A DNA stretch of 64,000 nt. It comes from a virus. Positions within the stretch are counted from its first letter, which is position 1. Each line of letters begins with the position of its first letter. Shown here one piece after another: positions 56,497-64,000 of the stretch. The position numbers and the translations under genes are program-made. The stretch covers positions 1-64,000 of the IMG/VR virus record IMGVR_UViG_3300036670_000256. One strand, written 5' to 3'. The notes below the pieces were generated by a model. It was given only the letters and a program-made list of their open reading frames with translations, had not been told where the DNA came from and did no database searches.

Positions 56497-57006
56497 ATGA
56501 AAACAAATATTGTAATAATTATGATGTTGATATCATTATCAGCAGCATCACAAAACTTTAGATTTAGCGAAAAGCAAGAGTTTAATGTTTCTTTTGCGGT
56601 AGAACCTTACTCAAGTTTTAAAGAAGAATCTTTGAATTTTACTGCAGAAGTAGAATACGAATCTGGTTCTTTTTATATTAAAGCTGGAAGTCAAGTTTTA
56701 ACGGGATTGCAAGGAGGTTATATTGATTTGGCTGGAGGTGTAGGACTTAGTTTTACTAGTGGTTATTTTGAAAGAATGAGATATACTGCTGGAATTAGAG
56801 CTGGTTTTATTAAGAGAGGATATACAAATAATGATCCTCAAACATATCCTCTTTTCGGTCAAGAAGTTTCTACTGTCTATAATTTTGATAGTGGGTTTTT
56901 TGTAGGTCTTAGATTAACAAATGATTTAAGAACTGACTTTTTGTATTCTGGTGCCGAACCAGAATACCAACTTAACGGAAGCATTAAATTTGGTAAAAGA
57001 TTTTAA
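56497..57006 (+). CDS. outer-membrane beta-barrel protein with signal peptide, 169 aa
   Basis: Sec signal (..LSAASQ), alternating beta strands, terminal Phe (GSIKFGKRF). Confidence 0.75.
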   Translation: MKTNIVIIMMLISLSAASQNFRFSEKQEFNVSFAVEPYSSFKEESLNFTAEVEYESGSFYIKAGSQVLTGLQGGYIDLAGGVGLSFTSGYFERMRYTAGIRAGFIKRGYTNNDPQTYPLFGQEVSTVYNFDSGFFVGLRLTNDLRTDFLYSGAEPEYQLNGSIKFGKRF

Positions 57007-57008
57007 TT

Positions 57009-57170
57009 ATGAATAGATACACATTTACAATAAAACATGATAACAGTTCTCAAGAATTAACTGTTTACGCAAAAAATTTACATTCTGCAATCGAGCAAAT
57101 TAAAAATGCAGAAGGTTGTCCAGAAAATGCAATTAGTAGAATTGAAACCAATAAAAAAAAACAGTTATGA
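57009..57170 (+). CDS. 53-aa protein (MNRYTFTIKHD...AEGCPENAI)
   Basis: Hand translation; ATGA overlap with the next gene. Confidence 0.65.
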   Translation: MNRYTFTIKHDNSSQELTVYAKNLHSAIEQIKNAEGCPENAISRIETNKKKQL

Positions 57171-57358
57171 GCGATTATAAAGATGCAAAAGAAGTTTTAT
57201 TAGAAACTGCAAAAAGAGTCAAGAGAAAATTTCCTGATGATTTACCAATGATTATGATGACAATAAATGATGAAGCGGATAGTTTGTGTAAATTATATAA
57301 TTTATCCGAACACTTAAGACATTTACTTGCCTTGTACGCTTGCAAGCTACATCCATAA
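57167..57358 (+). CDS. hypothetical protein, 63 aa
   Basis: ORF track. Confidence 0.65.
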   Translation: MSDYKDAKEVLLETAKRVKRKFPDDLPMIMMTINDEADSLCKLYNLSEHLRHLLALYACKLHP

Positions 57359-57389
57359 CCACAAAAACAAATTATTTTATTTACTAATC

Positions 57390-57411
57390 AACCCGCCATA
57401 GTGCGGGTTTA
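57390..57411 (+). terminator. hairpin / weak terminator
   Basis: AACCCGC-catagt-GCGGGTT followed by T-rich sequence. Confidence 0.6.
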
Positions 57412-57422
57412 ATTTTATTTAT

Positions 57423-57890
57423 ATGGATTATTGTAACATAGGTGCAATTGGATTTGCACAATTCGGAACTGATGAATATTATTTAAAAAAAACAATTGAA
57501 AAAAAAGTATTGGAAGAATTTATAAAACAAGATGAATTCAAAATACCAGAAGAATTTGAAGGCATGTGTTTTTATATTGTAAAATCATTTCCATACGAAG
57601 GAGATAGTTACAACGAATTATGTTTAGCATATCACGAAAATGTAACAGACTCTTGGTCTATTGCTCATGATGATTTGTATGAAGCTACCGATTTTGATAA
57701 CCATGAAGACGAAGATTATTTTTCTACTTCTTATTCTAGATTTTGGGAATTTGTAAACAAATCCGAAACAATAGATTTAGAAACTGACGAACTTATGATG
57801 CAATGTAAAAAACTATACAGCATGAAAGTAATTCACAAAAAAAACGACAATAACGACGAAGAAGATAATATTAATTTAAAAGCAATTTAA
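57423..57890 (+). CDS. acidic hypothetical protein, 155 aa
   Basis: ORF track. Confidence 0.75.
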   Translation: MDYCNIGAIGFAQFGTDEYYLKKTIEKKVLEEFIKQDEFKIPEEFEGMCFYIVKSFPYEGDSYNELCLAYHENVTDSWSIAHDDLYEATDFDNHEDEDYFSTSYSRFWEFVNKSETIDLETDELMMQCKKLYSMKVIHKKNDNNDEEDNINLKAI

Positions 57891-57892
57891 TT

Positions 57893-58270
57893 ATGGGCTG
57901 GACATCATTTAATTACAGAAAAGCAACACATTCGGGTTTTAATAAACTTACAGCTGCAGATTTTATTACATCAGAATTTAGCAACTATGGTTGTGCAATG
58001 GCGCAATTACATAAAGATAGAGATCAACACGAACTCTATATGATTTTGAGAAGTGCAAACGGAACTCCATTTATTTGTGTTTGTCTTGTTTCTATCAAGG
58101 ACGATGAAATTTATTTTAAAGAAATGAGTGAATCTGAAGGACCATGTTATCACAATTGTCCTAAAGAATTTTTTAAATTTGTTTCTGTTCCTGATAGCGA
58201 ATTTGCTAAAGAATGGAGAGATGAATGTATTAAACAAAATATTGTTTTAGATCAAATTAATTTCAATTAA
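57893..58270 (+). CDS. DUF6927-like protein, 125 aa
   Basis: MGW start; KEMSESEGP..CP..A.EWR..C motif. Confidence 0.7.
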   Translation: MGWTSFNYRKATHSGFNKLTAADFITSEFSNYGCAMAQLHKDRDQHELYMILRSANGTPFICVCLVSIKDDEIYFKEMSESEGPCYHNCPKEFFKFVSVPDSEFAKEWRDECIKQNIVLDQINFN

Positions 58271-58305
58271 TTTAGCAAAATTATTAATTTTAAATAGTAG
58301 AAAAA

Positions 58306-58674
58306 ATGAATTTAGAAGATGTTAATTATTTTTATCCTCAACAAGAAATTGAGGATTGGCAAAGATTAGGAACTCCATTATCACAAGAATTACTTGATGA
58401 TGATCTTTGTTTTGTTAAGCTTTCAGATGATGGTATAAGATTGATTTGTTCAAAGCAAAATGCTTTTGCAAATATATTTTATATTGTTTTGATTTACAAT
58501 AGTAATTATTCAGATGTAAAAGCATTGAATCCTGGAGAAGTTTATGAAGCTTCGGATTCTGTTGTAAATCTTTCTTTTTATAATAATGACGGAAACATTA
58601 TTTTAAAATTTGGTTGTTTGTTTGTAACCTTCACCAATATTGAATATGTGCTATCCGTTTTAAATGAAAGATAA
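58306..58674 (+). CDS. hypothetical protein, 122 aa
   Basis: ORF track. Confidence 0.7.
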   Translation: MNLEDVNYFYPQQEIEDWQRLGTPLSQELLDDDLCFVKLSDDGIRLICSKQNAFANIFYIVLIYNSNYSDVKALNPGEVYEASDSVVNLSFYNNDGNIILKFGCLFVTFTNIEYVLSVLNER

Positions 58675-60099
58675 ATGAATTATGATTTTAAGCAAAGAGA
58701 TAAAATAGAAAATTCAATTTTAGGTTGTATTATATCAGATATTAGAAATCCCGTTTTTGAGGGAAATCCAAAAGCTCTTTTCGAAAAGCATTATTTTTTA
58801 GAACCCACTTACTTTAGAACTAAATTTAATCAAGATTTGTTTGGTACATTCCTTACTTTATGGGATAAACAGATTGAGATTGATTTGACTACAGTATGTA
58901 GTTATTGTCCTCCAGAGTACAAGATTGGTAATTCGTTTAATAGTTTTCAAATGAACTGCATTACTTTAACTCAGAACATAAGTTCCGCTTATCATATTGA
59001 AAATTACATAATGCTTTTAAAGCAATATGTTTTGATGGATTTTTGGAATAAAAAATCTTCTGAAATACTTGATAACTATTGGGATGAGCGCGACGTAATT
59101 GATGTGGGTAAAAACATTGTTGATGCATATACTATGTTGTATTCTGAATTTAATAAAATAGGTAGCAATAGTACGGGTTTACAAAGTAAAAAAGAACAGC
59201 TTTTGTCTAAGCATCAGAAGGTTCAAAACGGAGAAGTGATTACGGTTCCTATACCAATTTTTGATATACAAATAGCGACTGGAGGTTGGCAACCATCAGA
59301 ACTTACTATCATTGGCGCAAGACCGGGTATGGGTAAAACAACTGTTGCTTTAATTTTAGCAAAATATGCTTCGTTTGATTATAAAGTTCCTGGTATTTTT
59401 ATTTCATTAGAAATGAGTAAATACAGTTTGATGAATAGAATCATATCAGAACAAACCGGATTAGATTACAATGACATTAAGAATTTGAAGATTACCAAAG
59501 AAGAATTAAATTTAGTTATTCAATGGTATGATTATTTTGAGAACACTTCAGATTTAAAGATTTTTGATGTCAATGATTGTAGAACTCTTACAGATATAGT
59601 TTCTAAAATCGATTTATTGAAACCTAAATTTGTTTTTATAGATTACTTACAATTGATTAAACTCGACAAAACAATTAATAAAAATGGGAACAGAGAACAA
59701 GAAGTTGGTGAAATTTCAAGAAACTTAAAACTTGCTGCACTTACTTACGATATTCCTATTATAGCTTTGTCGCAGCTTTCTAGAAAATGTGAAGATAGAC
59801 CAGGTAAAAAACCGATGCTTTCTGATTTAAGAGAATCTGGTAGTTTAGAACAAGATGCTGATAATGTTTCTTTCTTTTTTAGAGAGGCGTATTATAAAGA
59901 AAAAGAAGGCCAAACAGTACCTAGTATAGAAAAAGGTAATTTGCTTTGGATTTGGGCTAAGGGTAGAGAAACAGTTACAGACAATTATGAATGTAATGTG
60001 AATTTTACCAAGTACACAATTACTAACGGGTTTTTGTATCATGGAATTGACGATCAAGATGAAATATTAAATCTTCCGCCACCTCCTCCAAAAACATAA
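58675..60099 (+). CDS. dnaB: replicative DNA helicase DnaB
   Basis: GARPGMGKT, SLEM, IDYLQL, LSQLSR, DLRESGSLEQDAD. Confidence 0.95.
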   Translation: MNYDFKQRDKIENSILGCIISDIRNPVFEGNPKALFEKHYFLEPTYFRTKFNQDLFGTFLTLWDKQIEIDLTTVCSYCPPEYKIGNSFNSFQMNCITLTQNISSAYHIENYIMLLKQYVLMDFWNKKSSEILDNYWDERDVIDVGKNIVDAYTMLYSEFNKIGSNSTGLQSKKEQLLSKHQKVQNGEVITVPIPIFDIQIATGGWQPSELTIIGARPGMGKTTVALILAKYASFDYKVPGIFISLEMSKYSLMNRIISEQTGLDYNDIKNLKITKEELNLVIQWYDYFENTSDLKIFDVNDCRTLTDIVSKIDLLKPKFVFIDYLQLIKLDKTINKNGNREQEVGEISRNLKLAALTYDIPIIALSQLSRKCEDRPGKKPMLSDLRESGSLEQDADNVSFFFREAYYKEKEGQTVPSIEKGNLLWIWAKGRETVTDNYECNVNFTKYTITNGFLYHGIDDQDEILNLPPPPPKT

Positions 60100-60117
60100 C
60101 CACAAAAAAAAATAAAC

Positions 60118-60159
60118 AGCGCACTTGAAATTTTTTCAGGTGCGTTTTGTTTATATTTG
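60118..60159 (+). terminator. hairpin terminator after dnaB containing a TGAA-N5-TTCA site, followed by -7 box TATATTTG (60152-60159)
   Basis: GCGCACTTGAAA-ttt-TTTCAGGTGCGT-TTTG. Confidence 0.65.
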
Positions 60160-60190
60160 TACCATAATTACAAACATTTAAAATTAAAAT

Positions 60191-60472
60191 ATGGATACAA
60201 GTGATATTATAAAAGAATGTCATATTCTTTTAAAAAAAGAAAACCTTTCAGACAATCTGAAAGACAGCAAAAAAATGTTCTACATATTTCGTGATGTTAT
60301 TACTTCAAACATTGCTAATGGTAAAAAAGTAGAAATTTTAAATTTGGGAATTTTTACAAGCATTTACCGATTGTGCATTGATCCTTCAGATTTACAAAAA
60401 GAAAAAGTTCAAAGATGGATAATTAAGTTTTCATCTTCGGTTTCTTTAAGAAGAAGAATCAATGGCAAATAA
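60191..60472 (+). CDS. HU/IHF-like DNA-binding protein, 93 aa
   Basis: NGKKVEILNLGIF..IKFSSSVSLRRRIN. Confidence 0.75.
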   Translation: MDTSDIIKECHILLKKENLSDNLKDSKKMFYIFRDVITSNIANGKKVEILNLGIFTSIYRLCIDPSDLQKEKVQRWIIKFSSSVSLRRRINGK

Positions 60473-60815
60473 AGTAACTAGTAGGAATGTTGGAATAATT
60501 AGAAAAAAGGTTCTTTCAATAGCAGGTAAAAATATTTCTAAAGAGAAATACCTTGCGTTAATTGAAGACCAAGTTTTTAACGACTCAGATTTTAAAAGAC
60601 AAATTTTAGAAACTTCTATAAAGCTAAAATTAGATTATGATTTAGTAGACAATGTTATTAAAGATTTCATTTATACTGCATGTGATTTATTAGTAAAAGT
60701 CAAAAAGATTTCTAGAAGAATTAGTATAATCGGTTTTTTTTATATCGATATACTTGAAGTAAAATACAATGTAAATTCAGTTTACAATAAGAAAAATCAT
60801 AGTAAAAACAATTAA
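60462..60815 (+). CDS. second HU/IHF-like protein, 117 aa
   Basis: Helix..VIKDF..RISIIGFF pattern, divergent. Confidence 0.45.
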   Translation: MANKVTSRNVGIIRKKVLSIAGKNISKEKYLALIEDQVFNDSDFKRQILETSIKLKLDYDLVDNVIKDFIYTACDLLVKVKKISRRISIIGFFYIDILEVKYNVNSVYNKKNHSKNN

Positions 60816-60825
60816 ATTTTTAAAA

Positions 60826-61929
60826 ATGGAATCAAACAATTTCACAGCGCCTCAAGGGCAAATGCAAAGTTCTTTTACAGCTCCCGAAAGTAATGGAGGA
60901 AAAGAAAAACGTTCGGATATACAATTGTTACCTCCTGGTCCAAACTCAGGTGTAATATTTTGTGTTGTAGATTTAGGAACTCACATGGAATCTTTCGGAA
61001 ATCAAGAACCTAAAAAGACCAGAAAAATTAAAATTGGTTACGAACATCCTCAATTAAAACAATTGTTTTATGAAGAAGATACAGAAATTCGAAGTAGTTC
61101 TACATGGACAGAAGGTACTTATGCAGTAAACGAAAAGTCTAATTTAAGAAAACTTATTGAAGCTGTTTTAGGCAAAAAGATTTCTGATCAAGAAGCTTAC
61201 AATTTTGATTTAAGTAAATTAATTGGAAGTAAAGTTTTGGTAAACGTTTCACACGTTCAAGGTAAAAAAGATCCTAGTAAATCTTATGAAAAGGTTTTAG
61301 GTGTTATGCACCATGGACAAATGCCATTGCCAGCAAATTTTAATCCAATGTCGGACCAACAATTGTTTTCAATAGACAAGAATGGCGATAATTTTACAAC
61401 TCAAAATTTTGCTACTTTGTTGCCTTTTCTTAAAAAGAAAATAATGGCTTCAGAAGAAGCAATCGCACATGCTAGACGTGGAGGAAAATTTGCTCATATT
61501 GATAATAGTGCTAGTGCAACAAATGCACAACAGACTAATAATTATAATAACCAGCAACAAAGTCAACCGCAAAATTCTGGTCAAAACAACGGACAAAACT
61601 TTCCTCCTCAACAAGGTAATGGAATTAGAAAATTTGTATTAACAGATAATTCTTATACTTTGGAATCGTGGAAATCTGCGGGTTGGAATGAAGAAACTTT
61701 AGTTCAAAATGGCAAAGGACATTTTGTAGAACCTACTCCGCCAAGCGCTCCGCAAGGACCACCAAGTCCTCAAAACTTACCTCAAGGACCACCAAGTCCA
61801 CAAGGTCCACCTCAGATGCAACAACAGCAGAGTAATAACGTTGCTCAGCCTAATCAAAATTCTGGTTTCCAATCAAATAGTGGTTTTAATTCAAATTCAA
61901 ATGAAGAAGATGATGATATGCCTTTCTAA
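60826..61929 (+). CDS. single-stranded DNA-binding protein (phage type) with Pro/Gln linker and DDDMPF tail
   Basis: Acidic EEDDDMPF C-terminus; VVDLGTH N-domain. Confidence 0.75.
   Translation: MESNNFTAPQGQMQSSFTAPESNGGKEKRSDIQLLPPGPNSGVIFCVVDLGTHMESFGNQEPKKTRKIKIGYEHPQLKQLFYEEDTEIRSSSTWTEGTYAVNEKSNLRKLIEAVLGKKISDQEAYNFDLSKLIGSKVLVNVSHVQGKKDPSKSYEKVLGVMHHGQMPLPANFNPMSDQQLFSIDKNGDNFTTQNFATLLPFLKKKIMASEEAIAHARRGGKFAHIDNSASATNAQQTNNYNNQQQSQPQNSGQNNGQNFPPQQGNGIRKFVLTDNSYTLESWKSAGWNEETLVQNGKGHFVEPTPPSAPQGPPSPQNLPQGPPSPQGPPQMQQQQSNNVAQPNQNSGFQSNSGFNSNSNEEDDDMPF
61730..61815 (+). repeat. PQGPPS coding repeats in the SSB linker
   Basis: caaggaccaccaagtcc twice plus a degenerate third unit. Confidence 0.7.
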
Positions 61930-62331
61930 ATGAAAGATTATTTGATGAAATTTCAAGAAGATGGTACAGTTACTTTCTTTGATGAAAAAGACAGAGTGTC
62001 CTACGGGACACTCTTATCTTCAATAAAGAATTCAAGCGATAGATTTATTATGACAATTTCAGTTTATCAAAAAGAGGGAATTTCTCAAAAACAGAAAAAG
62101 TTATTTAAAGTCTTGATTAATTTAATCGCTAGCGAATCTGGTAACGATGTTGATACAATAGAGGAAACTTTATTAAATTCTTTTAGAAAAGGAATCCGCA
62201 GTTTGGAAGACTTTAACCATAAAGATTTTAGTGATTTTTTAGAATGGTCAGTTTTATTCTGCCAAGAATTTTTTGATGTCAATATTCAAATAAATGATAA
62301 TTATAATTTTGAAGTAAAAAAAATTAAATAA
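61930..62331 (+). CDS. NinB/Orf-like recombination protein, 133 aa
   Basis: SQKQKKLF..IASESG..DFSDFLE..F pattern. Confidence 0.55.
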   Translation: MKDYLMKFQEDGTVTFFDEKDRVSYGTLLSSIKNSSDRFIMTISVYQKEGISQKQKKLFKVLINLIASESGNDVDTIEETLLNSFRKGIRSLEDFNHKDFSDFLEWSVLFCQEFFDVNIQINDNYNFEVKKIK

Positions 62332-62485
62332 ATGTATATATACACAGTAATAATTACTTTTTGTAAAATAGGTGCTATATGGTCAAGAAACATAATAGTT
62401 AGAAAAAGTTTTCAATCAGGTTCTAGCATCTTTTTGATGTTAGCATTAATTGAAAGTAAAAACAATAAAAACACAACAGAACGAT

Positions 62486-63922
62486 ATGAACGAAAACAAA
62501 ATAGAAAAGTTCACGCCAAGTCAGATAGAAGCGTTGAAACTTCTGGAGGCTTTTCTTTTAAGTCCACGCTCGAATAAAATACAAGACAGAGTTTTTGTTT
62601 TAAAAGGAATGGCTGGAACAGGCAAAACTACAATTATCAGATATGCTTTAGAACTTCTTTTGGAAAAAGATAGAGCTAATATTGATAAATATTCTGAAAC
62701 AGATATATTTAATACTCCAAAGGTAATAGGCGTAACTATGTCACATAAGGCAAAAAACGTACTTTCCAACTCTTTACATGTTGTAAAAACTTTTGCGTCT
62801 TATTTTGGGCTAAAACAACAATATGCAGAAGATGGTTCAATTTCTTTTAAAAAAGATGATTGGCTTTCTAGAGATGCAGATTGTAATACTGCCGTTGAAG
62901 TAGTAGTTCACGATGAATGTTCCATGTACGATGAAGAAATGGATAAAATGGTAGAAACAGATACTCACCCATATTGTAAAATTATTTACATGGGTGATCC
63001 TGGTCAACTACCACCTATAAGTACAAAAGGAGATTTGGATAGTCCAATATTTTCTAAGTACAAAAACAATTTCGAATTGAAGGAACGCTGCAGACAAGAA
63101 AAAGGAAATCCAATTGTTGAATTATCGGACTTTATTTATCATGAAATATTTAGAGATTTTGACGAAAACAATGATAATAGATTAAGTACTGTTTTGTCGC
63201 ACATTAAGAAAACTAATTTGATTGATAATAAAGGTTATGAAACTATTACTTACAATGAGTTTTTAAAGCATTACAAAGAAAATACTAAAGATTATTTTCA
63301 ATCTAAAGTAATTGCTTATCGTCGAGATCGAGTAGAATTTTTTAACGAAACAATTAGAAAATTTGTGCATCAAAATCCTAACAAGAAATTTATTGATAAT
63401 GAATTGTTTTACATGAATTCTTCTTTTCAAAACAAAATTAAAGGAGACAAACATCCAAAATACATTTGTTTTAATTCAGACGAATATCAAATACTTTCTG
63501 TAAAAGAAGCTGTAATTGATGAAATTGATGTTTACCTTTTGTATATCGATACAAAAGGTCATAAGCATTTAGAATCAATACAATCACCTTACGTTCCAGT
63601 AGTTTCTGAAAAAGGAATAGTAGCTTTTAAAAAAGCTGCAAATGCTAGAAAGTATTATGCAACGAATGCTTATGGTTCCAAAAAAGGACAAGCATGGAAA
63701 TATTACTATGATTACATAGGTCAATTCGGCGACGTAGCTTATGCTTATTGTTATACCGGACACAAAGCTCAAGGTTCTGGTTTTGATTTTGTTTACATTG
63801 ATGTAAACGATATTATAACAGTTGGTCCAATTTCTAACAAAAGAAAATTACAAGCTATTTATACTGCCTTAACTAGAGCAAAAATTAGAGCAACTTTTTT
63901 AAAATCAAATAACAATGAGTAA
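62486..63922 (+). CDS. Dda/RecD-like SF1B helicase (start MNENK at 62486)
   Basis: GMAGTGKTT, DECSM, GDPGQLPP, YAYCYTGHKAQGS, YTALTRA. Confidence 0.9.
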   Translation: MNENKIEKFTPSQIEALKLLEAFLLSPRSNKIQDRVFVLKGMAGTGKTTIIRYALELLLEKDRANIDKYSETDIFNTPKVIGVTMSHKAKNVLSNSLHVVKTFASYFGLKQQYAEDGSISFKKDDWLSRDADCNTAVEVVVHDECSMYDEEMDKMVETDTHPYCKIIYMGDPGQLPPISTKGDLDSPIFSKYKNNFELKERCRQEKGNPIVELSDFIYHEIFRDFDENNDNRLSTVLSHIKKTNLIDNKGYETITYNEFLKHYKENTKDYFQSKVIAYRRDRVEFFNETIRKFVHQNPNKKFIDNELFYMNSSFQNKIKGDKHPKYICFNSDEYQILSVKEAVIDEIDVYLLYIDTKGHKHLESIQSPYVPVVSEKGIVAFKKAANARKYYATNAYGSKKGQAWKYYYDYIGQFGDVAYAYCYTGHKAQGSGFDFVYIDVNDIITVGPISNKRKLQAIYTALTRAKIRATFLKSNNNE

Positions 63923-64000
63923 ACTAGATGGTAAACCAGAGATTGCAATCGTAAAAACGATTGAGCAAGAGAAAAGATTTGAAATGACATTTAAAATGAT
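63915..64000 (+). CDS. partial CDS (5' end, MSKLDGKPEI...)
   Basis: ATG overlapping the helicase end; open to the window edge. Confidence 0.55.
   Translation, partial: MSKLDGKPEIAIVKTIEQEKRFEMTFKM

Larger units (their letters stand above)
46605..60107 (+). repeat. dispersed motif AACCACAAAA, 6 copies (46605, 48175, 51641, 52415, 57356, 60097)
   Basis: Read directly; all copies on the plus strand of the early/replication block. Confidence 0.8.
1..64000. mobile_element. crAss-like (Crassvirales-type) bacteriophage genome segment, probable Bacteroidota host
   Basis: Gene order terL-portal-scaffold-MCP-ring proteins-IHF-like-tail-muzzle-cargo-giant virion RNAP matches the crAss-like layout; crAss-type TerL Walker A (KPRRVGLS); many TAnnTTTG -7 boxes; no host housekeeping genes. 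Confidence 0.9.

Noticed and set aside
38809-60099. Inteins or group I introns in terL or dnaB
   Set aside because: Ordinary lengths, contiguous motifs, no intein termini or homing endonuclease seen
46605-60107. AACCACAAAA copies as a CRISPR or mini-array
   Set aside because: Copies are 10-13 nt long and about 0.8-5 kb apart; no repeat-spacer periodicity and no cas genes
62332-62577. 81-aa ORF before the Dda-like helicase
   Set aside because: Overlaps the helicase by about 90 nt and has no motif; it abuts the upstream stop so it may be real, but support is too weak
47477-63772. Short minus-strand or out-of-frame ORFs within plus-strand genes (e.g. 47477..47668, 53999..54265, 54058..54315, 62521..62769)
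   Set aside because: Largely or fully overlap well-supported genes
1-64000. Prophage boundaries or integrase
   Set aside because: No integrase, att-like repeat or bacterial housekeeping gene seen

Overview
This window is a 64-kb, AT-rich segment of a crAss-like (Crassvirales-type) podophage. Many TAnnTTTG -7 promoter boxes point to a Bacteroidota host. The minus strand from about 757 to 46436 carries the virion and late module: a giant (~3865 aa) virion RNA polymerase with a zincin domain (DNDGD and HEVAH motifs), further ejected cargo proteins (one with a lambda-R-like muramidase N-terminus), a tail muzzle/stabilisation protein, a lysis cassette (M15A endolysin, holin candidates, u-spanin-like protein), tail and ring proteins, major capsid protein, scaffold, portal and terminase large subunit. 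Upstream of terL lies a cluster of small genes with anti-defence character: Tad2-like, Acb2/Tad1-like, a catalytically dead DHH protein, a DEDDh exonuclease, GroES, KTSC and a small protein resembling part of the TerL ATPase. After a GC-rich hairpin at ~46.56 kb the genes switch to the plus strand. These comprise a compositionally distinct island of tiny genes, a RepL-like gene beside a candidate origin (G/C skew flip near 49.6 kb), and early/replication genes (JAB/RadC, helicase-methyltransferase fusion, outer-membrane beta-barrel, DnaB, HU-like, SSB, NinB-like, Dda/RecD-like helicase). Two recurrent non-coding motifs stand out: AACCACAAAA, mostly followed by a hairpin, and a TGAA-N5-TTCW operator next to -7 boxes. 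All family assignments come from motif recognition by eye; no database search was run.
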